Positions 10,563 through 21,688 of a stretch of 64,000 nt of DNA are shown here, in pieces. The notes under the pieces are model-generated. The model was given only the letters and a program-made list of their open reading frames with translations. It searched no databases and had not been told where the DNA came from. The stretch's first letter is position 1. The number at the start of each line of letters is the position of its first letter. The position numbers were made by a program, and so were the translations under genes. Source of the stretch: Promethearchaeia archaeon (lineage in GTDB: Archaea; Asgardarchaeota; Lokiarchaeia; Sigyniarchaeales; SOKP01); assembly GCA_029856045.1 (NCBI GenBank), contig JAHQWG010000047.1:192001-256000 (forward strand), given 5' to 3'.

Positions 10563-12701
10563 ATGGAAAAAAGATTGTTGGATAAAAAAAAATTATCTCA
10601 AAATGATGAAATTACACATAATAAACTAATAAATGAGAAAAGTCCTTATTTACTTCAACATGCTGAAAATCCTGTTAATTGGTATCCATGGGGAAACGAA
10701 GCATTTGAAAAGGCACGAAAAGAAAATAAGCCAATATTCTTATCAATTGGATATTCTACTTGCCATTGGTGTCATGTTATGGCACATGAGTCTTTTGAAG
10801 ATACAGCAGTGGCAGAATTAATGAACGAAATCTTTGTTTCAATTAAAGTTGACAGAGAAGAGCGACCTGATATTGATAAGATCTATATGACTATATGTCA
10901 AATGATGACAGGTCAAGGGGGATGGCCACTTACGTTATTTTTAACTCCTGATAAAAAACCATTTTTTGCTGGAACCTATTTTCCTAAAGAAAGGAGATTT
11001 GGTCGAATAGGTTTGATAGAACTCATATTAAAAATAAAAGAGCTTTGGAAAATACAAAAAAACGATGTGTTAAGATCTGCAGATCAAATTACTTTTTCTT
11101 TACAAAATTTAGATTTTAAATCGCCCGGAGATAAACTTAACGAAAAAACCATTAAAAAAGCTTATAATCAATTATTGAGTCAATATGATAATAAAAATGG
11201 AGGTTTCAACAACGCTCCCAAATTTCCTACTCCACATAATCTTCTCTTTCTTTTAAGATTTTGGAAGCGTACTGGGAATAAAGAAGCTTTAGAGATGGTT
11301 GAAAATACCCTTCAAAAAATGAGGCTTGGTGGTATTTATGATCATATAGGATTTGGATTTCATCGATATTCTACAGATCCAGTTTGGCTTGTTCCCCATT
11401 TTGAAAAGATGCTCTACGATCAAGCTTTATTGGCAATTGCTTATACAGAAGCTTACCAAGCAACTAAAAAAAATATATACGCAAATACAGCTAAAGAAAT
11501 TTTTACTTATGTCTTACGTGATATGACTTCACCTGATGGGGGATTTTATTCAGCAGAGGATGCTGATAGTGAGGGTAAAGAAGGAAAGTTTTATGTATGG
11601 ACTATTGAAGAATTCCAACAAATACTTGAAGAGGAAGAAGAAGATTTAGCAAGAAAAATATTTAATTTAAAAAATCAAGGAAATTATTTAGAAGAAACAA
11701 CTAAAAAAAAGACAAGTCATAATATATTGCATCTTAAAGATTCATTGACCAACCTTTCTAAAGAATTAAACATTTCTGAAAAGGATTTAACATTTAGGAT
11801 AGAAAAAATTCGCGAAAAATTATTCAAAATTAGAGATGAACGAGTTCATCCCCATAAAGATGATAAGATATTAGCTGATTGGAACGGATTAATGATTGCT
11901 GCATTTGCTAAAGGAGCTCAAATTTTTGGCGATTCTATTTATTTAAATGTTGCAAAAAAAGCGGCAAATTTTATACTTTCAAATATGCGGAAACCAAACA
12001 ATAGATTATTACATCGATATAGAGAAGGAGATGCTGAAATTGATGCTTACCTAAATGATTATATCTTCTTAATATGGGGATTTATTGAATTATATGAAAC
12101 TAGTTTAGAAGTCACTTTTCTTAAGAATGCTCTGGAATTAAATAAAGAAGTAATAGATCATTTTTGGGATGATTCAGTAGGTGGTTTCTTTTTTACTGCC
12201 AATGATGGTGAGACACTTTTAACTCGTCAGAAAGAGATCTACGATGGAGCAATCCCATCAGGAAATTCTGTAGCTATGTTAAATTTATTAAGATTGAGTT
12301 ATTTAACTGGAGATCACGAGTTAGAAGAAAAAGCGGATATTTTAAGTAGAGTTTTTGCTGAACGAGTTAATAATTCACCGATTGCGCATACTCAATTAAT
12401 GGTTGCAGTTGATTTTAGCGTTGGTCCAACCTTTACAATAGTAATTGTTGGTGATGCTGAAGAAATTAATACGCAAGAAATGTTAGCATATATTCATAAT
12501 CAATTTCTCCCAAATATATCATTAATTCAGAGAAATATAAAACAGGTTCCTCCAGAAATCGATGTATTTATAAATTATATCCATAATTACAATAAAATAG
12601 ATAATAAAACTACTGCTTATATATGCACAAATAAAACCTGTAAACCTCCAATAACAGATGTCAATAAATTGTTAAAACTTATTAATCCAAGATGGAATTA
12701 A
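10563..12701 (+). CDS. YyaL/SPATA20-type thioredoxin-domain plus alpha/alpha-barrel protein
   Basis: [55 protein letters not shown]. Confidence 0.92.
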   Translation: MEKRLLDKKKLSQNDEITHNKLINEKSPYLLQHAENPVNWYPWGNEAFEKARKENKPIFLSIGYSTCHWCHVMAHESFEDTAVAELMNEIFVSIKVDREERPDIDKIYMTICQMMTGQGGWPLTLFLTPDKKPFFAGTYFPKERRFGRIGLIELILKIKELWKIQKNDVLRSADQITFSLQNLDFKSPGDKLNEKTIKKAYNQLLSQYDNKNGGFNNAPKFPTPHNLLFLLRFWKRTGNKEALEMVENTLQKMRLGGIYDHIGFGFHRYSTDPVWLVPHFEKMLYDQALLAIAYTEAYQATKKNIYANTAKEIFTYVLRDMTSPDGGFYSAEDADSEGKEGKFYVWTIEEFQQILEEEEEDLARKIFNLKNQGNYLEETTKKKTSHNILHLKDSLTNLSKELNISEKDLTFRIEKIREKLFKIRDERVHPHKDDKILADWNGLMIAAFAKGAQIFGDSIYLNVAKKAANFILSNMRKPNNRLLHRYREGDAEIDAYLNDYIFLIWGFIELYETSLEVTFLKNALELNKEVIDHFWDDSVGGFFFTANDGETLLTRQKEIYDGAIPSGNSVAMLNLLRLSYLTGDHELEEKADILSRVFAERVNNSPIAHTQLMVAVDFSVGPTFTIVIVGDAEEINTQEMLAYIHNQFLPNISLIQRNIKQVPPEIDVFINYIHNYNKIDNKTTAYICTNKTCKPPITDVNKLLKLINPRWN

Positions 12702-13873
12702 AAGTTATGAATGGTATTTGGGATGTTAAATCCGATGTTGTGAAAAGAGGAGATAATAATAGAGATGTTTCGCCTTTAACTGGCAAAACAGGAAAGGATG
12801 AAAACGGTTTCACTCACTATGTATTCAGCAAAGTTTTATTTAATAATCCGTGGTATGTCATCCCTGATGATAACATTGAATTATTCGAGAAATTTTTAAA
12901 AGGAGGTTCAAGGCATTATCCATCCGATGGAAGCATACCTTGTGATATAGTTGCTAAGGAAACAAGAATAATTTTAAATAAAATAGTAGAAATCGCTAAT
13001 GACCCTAGCGATAAATATTATGAAGATGCGCGTAAAACATTAGAAAATGGTAAATATGCATTGGTTAGAGGGACTTTAAAATTATATTTAGGCAAATATG
13101 CTACGAGAGATTGGAGAAGAAAAAGATTTACTGATGATATTGACTTCTGGATTTTCAACATGGATTTATATGAGCACGTGTTAAAAGAAAATGGTTGGAA
13201 AAGGATATCAGATACAAAAGAATGGGAAAAACAAATTCAGTGGGTTAATCTTATTAGAAATGAAAGGGAAGCAAATATGCTTATTGCAGCAAATGATATA
13301 AACTTATTATTGGATTTCGGGTCAGGAGCTTATCTTGAAGGTACAAGCCTAAAGGCAATTTTTAGCAAAAAAATAAAAAGAGGTCATGATGTTGACCTTA
13401 GTGATTTATTAAATGTAGCCATAGTTAATGGATGCGATTATAAACATTGCGGAGAAAGGCTTAGAGAAGAAGAGTGGCTTAATGCTTGGATTGCATTTGA
13501 GGAGGCCGTTAATACAAGAAATACACGAACAACTTCGAATTTGATAACTCTTTGTCGATATTCGTTAGGAATTGCTGATCACTTAGAAAGGGTTGCAAAA
13601 TCGATAAATAAATATCATTATAAGATACTTGATAACTCTGAATATCCAGATAACGAATTAGAGAGAATATGTAGAATATCAATTCATTGGATTGAATTTC
13701 TTTCGTCTCATGGTCATAATAATACTCGGAAAATGCTTCATGATTATTTAATAGAGCAAAGAGATTTTAAATTTCAACATTCAAAAAATCTTAGAGCTTT
13801 TACTGAAAAAGTACTAAATCTTCTTAATTCTAAATATTCACATTTGAAGATTTTTTTTGAAATTGAAAATTAA
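12692..13873 (+). CDS. Hypothetical protein with a nucleotidyltransferase-like (AbiEii/Pol-beta) motif
   Basis: [11 protein letters not shown]...[10 protein letters not shown] and [13 protein letters not shown] resemble the G..R.T.DID and K..R..D..DL motifs. Confidence 0.5.
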   Translation: MELKVMNGIWDVKSDVVKRGDNNRDVSPLTGKTGKDENGFTHYVFSKVLFNNPWYVIPDDNIELFEKFLKGGSRHYPSDGSIPCDIVAKETRIILNKIVEIANDPSDKYYEDARKTLENGKYALVRGTLKLYLGKYATRDWRRKRFTDDIDFWIFNMDLYEHVLKENGWKRISDTKEWEKQIQWVNLIRNEREANMLIAANDINLLLDFGSGAYLEGTSLKAIFSKKIKRGHDVDLSDLLNVAIVNGCDYKHCGERLREEEWLNAWIAFEEAVNTRNTRTTSNLITLCRYSLGIADHLERVAKSINKYHYKILDNSEYPDNELERICRISIHWIEFLSSHGHNNTRKMLHDYLIEQRDFKFQHSKNLRAFTEKVLNLLNSKYSHLKIFFEIEN

Positions 13874-13992
13874 AAGAAAACTTTATTATAATCGAAATAA
13901 TTGATGGTTTATTTACAATAATAGACTTAAGTTTCTCAAGAGAATTAAATGGATTTTTAGTAATTCATAAAAAAAATGAAAAAAAAATAATT

Positions 13993-14787
13993 TCATTTAT
14001 CTTCAAGTAATATTACTTTATCCACAAATAACTCGTAATTATTATCTTCATCGAAATCGTGTATGACAACCTTTTCTACATCCTCAAATCCTTTTATTTC
14101 TAGAAGCTCAGATTCGTATATAATTTTAACATCAGATATTTTTAATTTTTCTTGTATTTCTGCATTACCAGGAGTAGATTTACTGTAAGTGACTACTACA
14201 ACTCTTCCAGTATGTTTTGTTAATTCTAATGCGATTTTTAAGGAATTGTCTCCGTTATCTACAATTAATACTCTTTTATCGTTAAATTCTGATAAATTAT
14301 CTGCTTTCTTATAAGTTCCCTTACCAAGAAACTCATTAAAACCTATGATATTTTTTTCTTCTAATTGACAAGCAGTAATTACATCAACTTCTGGATTTTC
14401 ACCGTCTCTATAATTGCGAATTGCTGCTTGAAGCGCATCAGCTGCCAAATTAGAACAATGCATTTTAATCGGTGGTAATCCATCGAGTTCATCTGCCACA
14501 TCAGATCTCGTTATTTTATACGCTTCGTTAAGCGTTTTTCCCTTGGCCATTTCAGTAATCATAGAAGAAGTCGCCACAGCAGAACCACAACCAAATGTTT
14601 TAAACTTAATATCTTCTATTATTTCCTCGCCTTTTTCGTTTTTACCGACCTTGATATAAATCCACATAAGATCTCCGCATACTGGATTTCCAACTTTTCC
14701 CATACCGTCTGGAGTTTCTATTTCTCCCATATTTCTTGGGTTTCTAAAGTGATCTAATACTTTTTCAGAATATGTTGTTGATTTCAT
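13993..14787 (-). CDS. iscU: Fe-S scaffold IscU/NifU fused to a degenerate thioredoxin-reductase NADPH-binding-like domain
   Basis: YSEKVLDHFRNPRN, GNPVCGD, FKTFGCGSA, LPPIKMHCSNLA; ~125 aa C-terminal Rossmann-like extension. Confidence 0.9.
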   Translation of the reverse strand: MKSTTYSEKVLDHFRNPRNMGEIETPDGMGKVGNPVCGDLMWIYIKVGKNEKGEEIIEDIKFKTFGCGSAVATSSMITEMAKGKTLNEAYKITRSDVADELDGLPPIKMHCSNLAADALQAAIRNYRDGENPEVDVITACQLEEKNIIGFNEFLGKGTYKKADNLSEFNDKRVLIVDNGDNSLKIALELTKHTGRVVVVTYSKSTPGNAEIQEKLKISDVKIIYESELLEIKGFEDVEKVVIHDFDEDNNYELFVDKVILLEDK

Positions 14788-14788
14788 A

Positions 14789-15982
14789 TTATTTTTTTAC
14801 CTCATTATATTGTTTTAATAAATCAGAAGGAGTTAAAGGTGATAAAATTCTTAATTTTTTAACAATATCAGGTAATACTTCTACAACTTTATCAATATCG
14901 GATTCTTTTGTGTATCGACCCATTGAGAGAAGTAAACTACCGTGAGCTTCTTCATGTAGCAATCCCATTGCGATAAGTGTGTGGGATGGCTCTAAAGTTT
15001 TAGAACTGCAAGCAGAACCTGTTGCTGCAGATACATTTTGATCTCTTAATGATAAGATTAATGATTCACCTTCAATATATTCAAATCTAAAATGAGCATT
15101 ACTGGGAAGCCTTTTGTCGGGATGGCCATTTAAATAAGATTTAGGTATTGACGATAAAACCTCCGAAATGAGCTTATCTTTAAAACCTTTCAAACGGTTT
15201 GCCTCTTGATTTATTTCTTGTTTCATAATTTCAGCTGCTTTACCAAATCCCACAATATCTTGCATATTTTCGGAGCCTGATCTCATACCTCTTTCTTGAC
15301 CACCTCCTATAATAATAGGATTCACTTTCACTCCTTTTTTTAAGTATAACGCACCAACACCTCGAGGTCCATAAATATCATTTGAAGAAAAAGTCATTAA
15401 ATCTACTGGAACATTTTGCACATCAATAGGAATAACATTTTCAATTGCTACAGCATCTGTGTGAAACAAAATACCTTTTTCTTGTGCTATCTCGCTAATC
15501 TCCGCTATGGGTTGGAGAGATCCTACTTCATTACTAGCAGAGGTAATTGAAATTAGAATTGTATTCTCTCTAATTAAACGTTTTAATTTTTCTATATTGA
15601 TGACACCAAATTTATCAACACCAACCCTTGAAACTTCAAAACCTTGTCTTTCTAAGTATTTTCCAATATTTAATATCGAAATATGCTCAATCTCAGAAAT
15701 TATAATATGATTTCCCTTTCTTTTTCTATTTAAAGCCGCACCAATTAGTCCTAAATTACTGGCTTCCGTTGCACTAGATGTAAATATTATACTCTCTGGA
15801 CTTGGAGCATTAATGAAATCCGCAATTTTTTGACGCGATTCTTTTAAGGCATTGGTAGCATCATCTCCATCAAAATGTAGAGATGCGGGATTTGCAAAAA
15901 TTTTATTATAATATGGTCTCATTGCAGATAGAACCCTTGGATCAACTGGTTTAGCTGCTTGATAATCTAAATATACACTCAT
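14789..15982 (-). CDS. iscS: Cysteine desulfurase (IscS/NifS type)
   Basis: YLDYQA, ANPASLH, HTDAV, GGGQERGMRSGSEN, TGSACSS. Confidence 0.88.
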   Translation of the reverse strand: MSVYLDYQAAKPVDPRVLSAMRPYYNKIFANPASLHFDGDDATNALKESRQKIADFINAPSPESIIFTSSATEASNLGLIGAALNRKRKGNHIIISEIEHISILNIGKYLERQGFEVSRVGVDKFGVINIEKLKRLIRENTILISITSASNEVGSLQPIAEISEIAQEKGILFHTDAVAIENVIPIDVQNVPVDLMTFSSNDIYGPRGVGALYLKKGVKVNPIIIGGGQERGMRSGSENMQDIVGFGKAAEIMKQEINQEANRLKGFKDKLISEVLSSIPKSYLNGHPDKRLPSNAHFRFEYIEGESLILSLRDQNVSAATGSACSSKTLEPSHTLIAMGLLHEEAHGSLLLSMGRYTKESDIDKVVEVLPDIVKKLRILSPLTPSDLLKQYNEVKK

Positions 15983-16042
15983 TTTATCAATTTTCCCTCC
16001 ACTTTAATTTTTGAAAATAATTTAATTTGTATTTTTTAAATG

Positions 16043-16405
16043 TTAAAACCACATAGTAGCATCTGCTTCTAAAACTAAATCGTTTAGAGTAGCAGCTCCA
16101 ACAATTTTTATTCCTGATATTAATTCAACTTTATCCAATCCTAACATTCTTTTTGAAGCTTCACAAACAAAAATCTCGACACCAGCTTCAAGAGTCTTGT
16201 CTAGCATTTCTTTCACAGATGGGAATTCTCCGAGTTTTATTCTATCCGCTTCTCCAGGCTTTAGTATTCGTAATCCTGTACCTAAATAATATACTTTTGC
16301 ATCAATATCCATAGCCTTAGCCGTTTGAGCTAAAACTAATGGAGAATATTGTTTTTCAGGATTGTCACTGGTTTGAACATATAATATAAACTTTTTCTCA
16401 CTCAT
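16043..16405 (-). CDS. DsrE/DsrF-like sulfur relay protein
   Basis: AGVEIFVCEAS, GAATL; size and context (tusA, iscS). Confidence 0.8.
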   Translation of the reverse strand: MSEKKFILYVQTSDNPEKQYSPLVLAQTAKAMDIDAKVYYLGTGLRILKPGEADRIKLGEFPSVKEMLDKTLEAGVEIFVCEASKRMLGLDKVELISGIKIVGAATLNDLVLEADATMWF

Positions 16406-16418
16406 TTCTTTCCCTCCA

Positions 16419-16691
16419 TTATTTTATTAGTTTTTTAAATAAAAATATTAAATCATTATCTTCCTTTCTAAAACCTAAGATCTCGGTGCCAGTCCTTTTT
16501 GCCCACCTATGCAAATCTTCATCAGCAGCAGGATCATCTGCTATAACTTTGAAAATTTGGCCATAATCAAGTGTTTCGTATAAATTTCTAACCTCAAATA
16601 AGGGTTCAGGACAATACAATCCTCTTGTATCTAATTCTTCTTCAATTTCTTTATTTTCTTCACTTTTCATTTTACGAGTCTCCTTTTTCAA
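16419..16691 (-). CDS. tusA: TusA/SirA family sulfur carrier
   Basis: LDTRGLYCPEP, ADDPAADED. The real start may be the internal ATG (MKSEEN). Confidence 0.88.
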   Translation of the reverse strand: MKKETRKMKSEENKEIEEELDTRGLYCPEPLFEVRNLYETLDYGQIFKVIADDPAADEDLHRWAKRTGTEILGFRKEDNDLIFLFKKLIK

Positions 16692-16987
16692 ATTTAAAAT
16701 ATTTAAATTACAAATTAAAAAGGATTTATTAATAAATTCTAATCCTTAAATAAAGACAAACCAGAAAAAACTTAAATATTCTCATTATTTTTTAATGAAA
16801 ATATTTGTATTTTGAAATACTACAATAAATACTATAGGAATTAATTTTATAATATATAAATTTCAAGCAAAATGATGATTAAAATCTATCAAATTCCAGT
16901 TTTGTTAATTTATAACTTTTTAAGATAAAGTCTTAAATGTATGATATTCTTAGTTATTTCATATTATTCTTTTAAATCAATGCGATT

Positions 16988-18319
16988 ATGACTAATGCTT
17001 TTTTACAAATAGTAGTAATAATTTGTTTCATTGTTTTAGTGATAGTGTTATTTTTCGAGAAACTAGATTATTTAATATACTCAATAGCTATTATTGTTGT
17101 GGCTGGATTGTTCACGGCAATTTTTATCCCTGAAGCTCAAGATTTAGAGAATTATTTTAATTCAATAGAATGGGAAATCGTTTTTTTTTTAATAACATTT
17201 TTCTGTATTGTAGAAATTCTAAATGAAAAAGGATTTTTTCACGAGCTTGCAAGACGACTTGTTAATCGATATAAATCAAATTTAAGAAAGCTATTTTATA
17301 TAATTTGTATAATATCAACTTTAACTGCAGCTTTTATTGAAGATTTATCAGTAGCAATTATTTTTGTCCCGATTATTATTCTAGCTTGTCAGGAACTCGA
17401 AATAAATTCTACTCCATTCTTATTGGGAATGACAATATGTATTAATTTAGCGTCAACCTTAACACCATTCGGTTCTGCTCAAAATATTTTAATTGCTAAT
17501 CATTTTAATTTATCTACATTATGGTTTATTATAAATTTGGGACCTTTTTTTGTGATTTCGACTGCTTTGACTTTATTTTTTTTAGATCAATTCGTACTCA
17601 CAAAAGAAGTTAAGCATCCAACTCCAGGCATGTGTGAGGATATTGAAGGAAAAGAAGTTCTTCAGCAAATTGAGGTTGAAGATAAAGTATTTAAGAACAA
17701 TTTTTATGGTTTTATCATTCTTATTATTTTATTAATTATAATTCCCAGTATTCTTATTGCAGGATTAATTGGATTAGTAATTTTTGTATTATTGAATCCT
17801 GTTAAAGATAAGAAAGGAAAATCCCATCCAAATGTATCGCATTATTTGCGTAAAGTTGATTATAAACTAATTTTTTTCTTCATATGTTTGTTTATATTAG
17901 TTTATCTAATGGAATTGAACGGGACAATCATATTCATTGAAGATTTCTTTGTTCAAATATCAACTGATAATCTTTTTCTGTTGTGCTTAATGATTTTAAT
18001 TATAACGAGCGTATTATCTGGTTTTATAGATAACACACCTGTTACTATTATGTTTATACCTATTGTAGAAATTCTTATTGGCATCGGAGGGGTTAATTCA
18101 ATTCCCGTGTTGATTGCATTTATCACTGGAATTAATATAGGTGGAAATTTCTTACCTCAAGGATCTGCTTGTGATATGATGACCTTAGAATTAGCAACGA
18201 AAGAGTGCGTTCCTGGAATGAATTACAAAAAATTAACAAAAATTGGAGGTATTTTTGCCTTAATTCATGTATTATTGGCGATTGGTTATATTACAATAAT
18301 TATTTTTTTATTCCCTTGA
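16988..18319 (+). CDS. ArsB/NhaD/SLC13-type (IT superfamily) permease
   Basis: Many hydrophobic segments; LASTLTPFGSAQN, SGFIDNTP, NIGGNFLPQGSA. Confidence 0.85.
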   Translation: MTNAFLQIVVIICFIVLVIVLFFEKLDYLIYSIAIIVVAGLFTAIFIPEAQDLENYFNSIEWEIVFFLITFFCIVEILNEKGFFHELARRLVNRYKSNLRKLFYIICIISTLTAAFIEDLSVAIIFVPIIILACQELEINSTPFLLGMTICINLASTLTPFGSAQNILIANHFNLSTLWFIINLGPFFVISTALTLFFLDQFVLTKEVKHPTPGMCEDIEGKEVLQQIEVEDKVFKNNFYGFIILIILLIIIPSILIAGLIGLVIFVLLNPVKDKKGKSHPNVSHYLRKVDYKLIFFFICLFILVYLMELNGTIIFIEDFFVQISTDNLFLLCLMILIITSVLSGFIDNTPVTIMFIPIVEILIGIGGVNSIPVLIAFITGINIGGNFLPQGSACDMMTLELATKECVPGMNYKKLTKIGGIFALIHVLLAIGYITIIIFLFP

Positions 18320-18323
18320 GTAT

Positions 18324-18515
18324 TTAATATCCAATTTTCACTTTTTTTAGATATTCAAATGCAGAATAAGTGGCAATTACTCCATCAGGTTGTTATTAAA
18401 GAGCAATATATAAATGAGTTGGTTCAAGTTGTTGATGATCTTTCGATTCCGCTAGAGATTTAACTTCAACAAAAGCTTCATGCAATTTTATTGAAAAACT
18501 ATCAAATCTCATCAT
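18324..18515 (-). pseudogene. clpB: Remnant of the ClpB N-terminal domain
   Basis: MMRFDSFSIKLHEAFVEVKSLAESKDHQQLEPTHLYIAL**QPDGVIATY, with tandem TAA TAA at 18393-18398; lies 11 bp downstream of dnaJ. Confidence 0.75.
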
Positions 18516-18526
18516 TTTACATCACT

Positions 18527-19531
18527 TTATAATCCTAAATTTTTTAATTTTAATAATAAGTCTTTCTGTTCTCTCGTTAATTTTTTGGGAACTTTAATTT
18601 TTACTTTCACCAATAAATCACCTCTTTGATCTGAATTCAATTTATAAAATCCTTGATTTTTTAATCTAAGAGTGGCATAAGGTTGAGTTCTTGAAGGAAT
18701 ATTTACATTTAAAGTACCCCCATCGATTTTAGGAACTTTAATTTTACCCCCTAATGTTGCAACTGAGAATGGTATTTCTTTTTCAATATAGAGATCATTG
18801 GTTCTTCTTTCAAAAATTGTATGATTCTCAATGTGAATTGCGATATAAAGGTCGCCATTTGGACCACCATATTCTCCCGGAATACCTTTACCTTTAAGTC
18901 TTAATTTCTGATTATCATGTACTCCTCTAGGAATTTTTATTGATAGGGTAGTTTTTTTATTAGTAGCAGGATCTATATATTGAACCTTTCTAGTACCCCC
19001 ATAAAATGCTTCCATAAAATTAATTTCCATATCATATCTCAAATCATCACCTTCTCGAGGGATATTTGGTCTTACCCTTGCTCTTGTACTCCCACTTCTT
19101 TTATTTGAAAAAACATCAAATATATCTCCCAAATCGTTAAAGAAATCGAAATTGGATCCTGAGAATCCCCCCGAACCTCCCATATTTTTGAAAAATTCGC
19201 TAAAATCTCTAGGATTTCCGGAGCTAGTATATACATAAGTTTCATCAGGAGTTCTATTAAAATTTGAACGACTCCTACCAGGGGTAGCTTGATAATATGT
19301 TGAGCGATCACCATCTACTACTCCAAATTTATTGTACATCTCCCTCTTTTTATCATCATTCAAGACGCTATAAGCTTCATTAATTTCTTTAAATTTTTCT
19401 CCAGATTTTAGTTCGTCTGGATTTACATCAGGGTGATATTTTCTCGCCATTTTTCGAAAAGCGCGTTTTATTTCTTCCTTAGTAGCGCTTTTATCTATTC
19501 CTAAAATTTTATAATAATCTTTCTTTGGCAA
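18527..19531 (-). CDS. dnaJ: DnaJ class II / CbpA-like co-chaperone (no zinc finger)
   Basis: [13 protein letters not shown]-rich linker, C-terminal GDL repeats; no CxxCxGxG; TTG start behind GGGGTGA. Confidence 0.9.
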   Translation of the reverse strand: MPKKDYYKILGIDKSATKEEIKRAFRKMARKYHPDVNPDELKSGEKFKEINEAYSVLNDDKKREMYNKFGVVDGDRSTYYQATPGRSRSNFNRTPDETYVYTSSGNPRDFSEFFKNMGGSGGFSGSNFDFFNDLGDIFDVFSNKRSGSTRARVRPNIPREGDDLRYDMEINFMEAFYGGTRKVQYIDPATNKKTTLSIKIPRGVHDNQKLRLKGKGIPGEYGGPNGDLYIAIHIENHTIFERRTNDLYIEKEIPFSVATLGGKIKVPKIDGGTLNVNIPSRTQPYATLRLKNQGFYKLNSDQRGDLLVKVKIKVPKKLTREQKDLLLKLKNLGL

Positions 19532-19603
19532 AATTATTCACCCCAGCACAGTTCTTAATTTAAAAAAATAAAAAAATATTAAAAAAAAACAAATATTTTT
19601 ATT

Positions 19604-21484
19604 TTAGGATTCTTCATAATCTGCATCTACTACATCGTCTTGTCCAGAAGCTTTTCGATATTGTTCAGCTTGTTTTTCATGTTCTGGTCTATCATCTTGC
19701 GGTATTCCGCATGAACCACCAGGATAACCTTTATTAGTCTGATTTTGACCATAAATCCTCTCTGAAACTTGATGTAAAGCAGTTTGTAAATCTTCCATTG
19801 CGTTTTTAATCCTTGAAGGATCTTCTCCTTCATAAGATCCCTTCAACGCTAATACTTTTTGTTCAATAGTTGTTTTTAAGTCCCCGATTTTATCTTCGTG
19901 TTCTTTCATAATTTTCTCGGTTTGATATATTAGAGATTCCGCTTGGTTTTTTAAAGACATTAATTCTTTGATTTTCTTATCTTCCTCAGCATATTTCTCG
20001 GCTTCTCTGATTTTTGCATCTATTTCTGATTCAGACATATTTGTAGAAGCAGTAATAGTAATTCCAGTTTGTTTTCCAGTACCCTTGTCTTTTGCTTTTA
20101 CATTTAAAATGCCATTTTCATCGATGTCAAATGTCACCTCTATTTGTGGCACCCCTCTCGGAGCTGGTGGTATCCCAGTTAAATGAAATGTCCCTAAAGT
20201 AATATTATCAGCAGCCATTGGTCTCTCACCTTGAAGTACATGAATTTCAACTGCAGGTTGATTGTCTGACGCTGTCGAAAATACTTCAGTTTTTCTCGTA
20301 GGAATTGTCGTATTTCTTTCAATTAATTTAGTAAAAACTCCTCCCAATGTTTCGACACCCAAAGAGAGTGGCGTGACATCTAAGAGTAATAAATCCTTAA
20401 CTTCACCAGATAAAATTCCACCTTGGATTGAAGCACCCAGAGCAACACATTCCATCGGATCAATACCATGTTCTGGAGGCTTTCCAAAAAGTTCTTGGAA
20501 CTTTTTTTGAACGCTAGGCATTCTTGTAGGCCCTCCTACTAACAGAATCTTATTTATACTTGAAGACTGTAATTTTGCATCGCTTAACGCCTTTTTAATA
20601 GATATCTCTAATTTTTTTAAAATTGGGCTAATTAAACTCTCAAGTTTGGCTCTGGTTAAGGAGATATTTAAATGCTTAGGTCCATTTGCATCCGCAGTAA
20701 TGTACGGCAGATTTATTTCAGTTGTTAGCGTCGTGGATAACTCAATTTTTCCTTTTTCTGCTCCTTCTCTAATCCTTTCCATTGCTTTAGAATCTTTTCT
20801 CACGTCAATTCCTTGTTCCTTTTGAAATTCTGTAGCAATATAATCTACTAAAATTCTATCCATGTCAGTTCCTCCCAATTGAGTATCTCCAGCTGTGGAA
20901 ATGACTTCAAATACTTTATTTTCCATTTCGAGAATAGTAACATCAAATGTACCTCCTCCTAAATCAAGAACAGCAATTTTAATACTGATATCTTCCTTAT
21001 CTAAACCGTAGGCTACGGCTGCAGCAGTAGGTTCGTTAATTAATCTCTTTACGTTCAATCCTGCAATTTTTCCGGCGTCTTTTGTAGCTTGTCTTTGATT
21101 ATCGTTAAAATAGGCAGGTACCGTAATTATAACTTCATTTACTTCTTCTCCTAAAAAGGCACTTGCGTCTTCCTTTATTTTCCTTAAGATCATTGCTGAG
21201 ATTTCTTGCGGAGTATAATCTTTTCCATCGATTTTAACCTTGTAATTCATACCCATTTTTCGCTTAATGGCAGTGATGGTTCTATCAGGATTAGAAACAG
21301 CTTGTCTGCGAGCGGGTTCTCCTACTAATCGTTGTTTATCTTTCGTGAAGGCAACTACACTAGGAAAAGCTTTACCTCCAATGGTAAGGCCTTCAGCGCT
21401 CGGAATTAATGTGGGTTTTCCTCCAATTAATACAGCAGCAGCAGAATTTGAAGTTCCTAAGTCAATTCCAATTATTTTTCCCAT
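19604..21484 (-). CDS. dnaK: Hsp70 chaperone DnaK
   Basis: [40 protein letters not shown]. Confidence 0.98.
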   Translation of the reverse strand: MGKIIGIDLGTSNSAAAVLIGGKPTLIPSAEGLTIGGKAFPSVVAFTKDKQRLVGEPARRQAVSNPDRTITAIKRKMGMNYKVKIDGKDYTPQEISAMILRKIKEDASAFLGEEVNEVIITVPAYFNDNQRQATKDAGKIAGLNVKRLINEPTAAAVAYGLDKEDISIKIAVLDLGGGTFDVTILEMENKVFEVISTAGDTQLGGTDMDRILVDYIATEFQKEQGIDVRKDSKAMERIREGAEKGKIELSTTLTTEINLPYITADANGPKHLNISLTRAKLESLISPILKKLEISIKKALSDAKLQSSSINKILLVGGPTRMPSVQKKFQELFGKPPEHGIDPMECVALGASIQGGILSGEVKDLLLLDVTPLSLGVETLGGVFTKLIERNTTIPTRKTEVFSTASDNQPAVEIHVLQGERPMAADNITLGTFHLTGIPPAPRGVPQIEVTFDIDENGILNVKAKDKGTGKQTGITITASTNMSESEIDAKIREAEKYAEEDKKIKELMSLKNQAESLIYQTEKIMKEHEDKIGDLKTTIEQKVLALKGSYEGEDPSRIKNAMEDLQTALHQVSERIYGQNQTNKGYPGGSCGIPQDDRPEHEKQAEQYRKASGQDDVVDADYEES

Positions 21485-21538
21485 TTTATTTACCTCATTT
21501 TTTTAGTTTTAATTTTTATAAAATTTGTTAATTTTTGC

Positions 21539-21559
21539 TTGTCAATCTATGATTGACAA
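21539..21559. promoter_or_regulatory. Perfect inverted repeat upstream of dnaK (operator candidate)
   Basis: TTGTCAATC-TAT-GATTGACAA, 55 bp upstream of the dnaK start and next to a TTTATAAA TATA-like box. Confidence 0.55.
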
Positions 21560-21688
21560 CCATTATTTATAAAATGTAAGCTTACATATTTAAATGTTTG
21601 TTTAATAATAAATAAGTCTGTACTTGAGTTAAACTAAAAATAACTAACTATAACTAAAGAAAAATAAATAAAATATTAATTAAAAAAA

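Noticed and set aside
21623-21637. CTTGAGT, a HAIR (HspR) half-site upstream of dnaK
   Set aside because: The second half-site ACTCAAG is absent and there is no hspR gene in the window.
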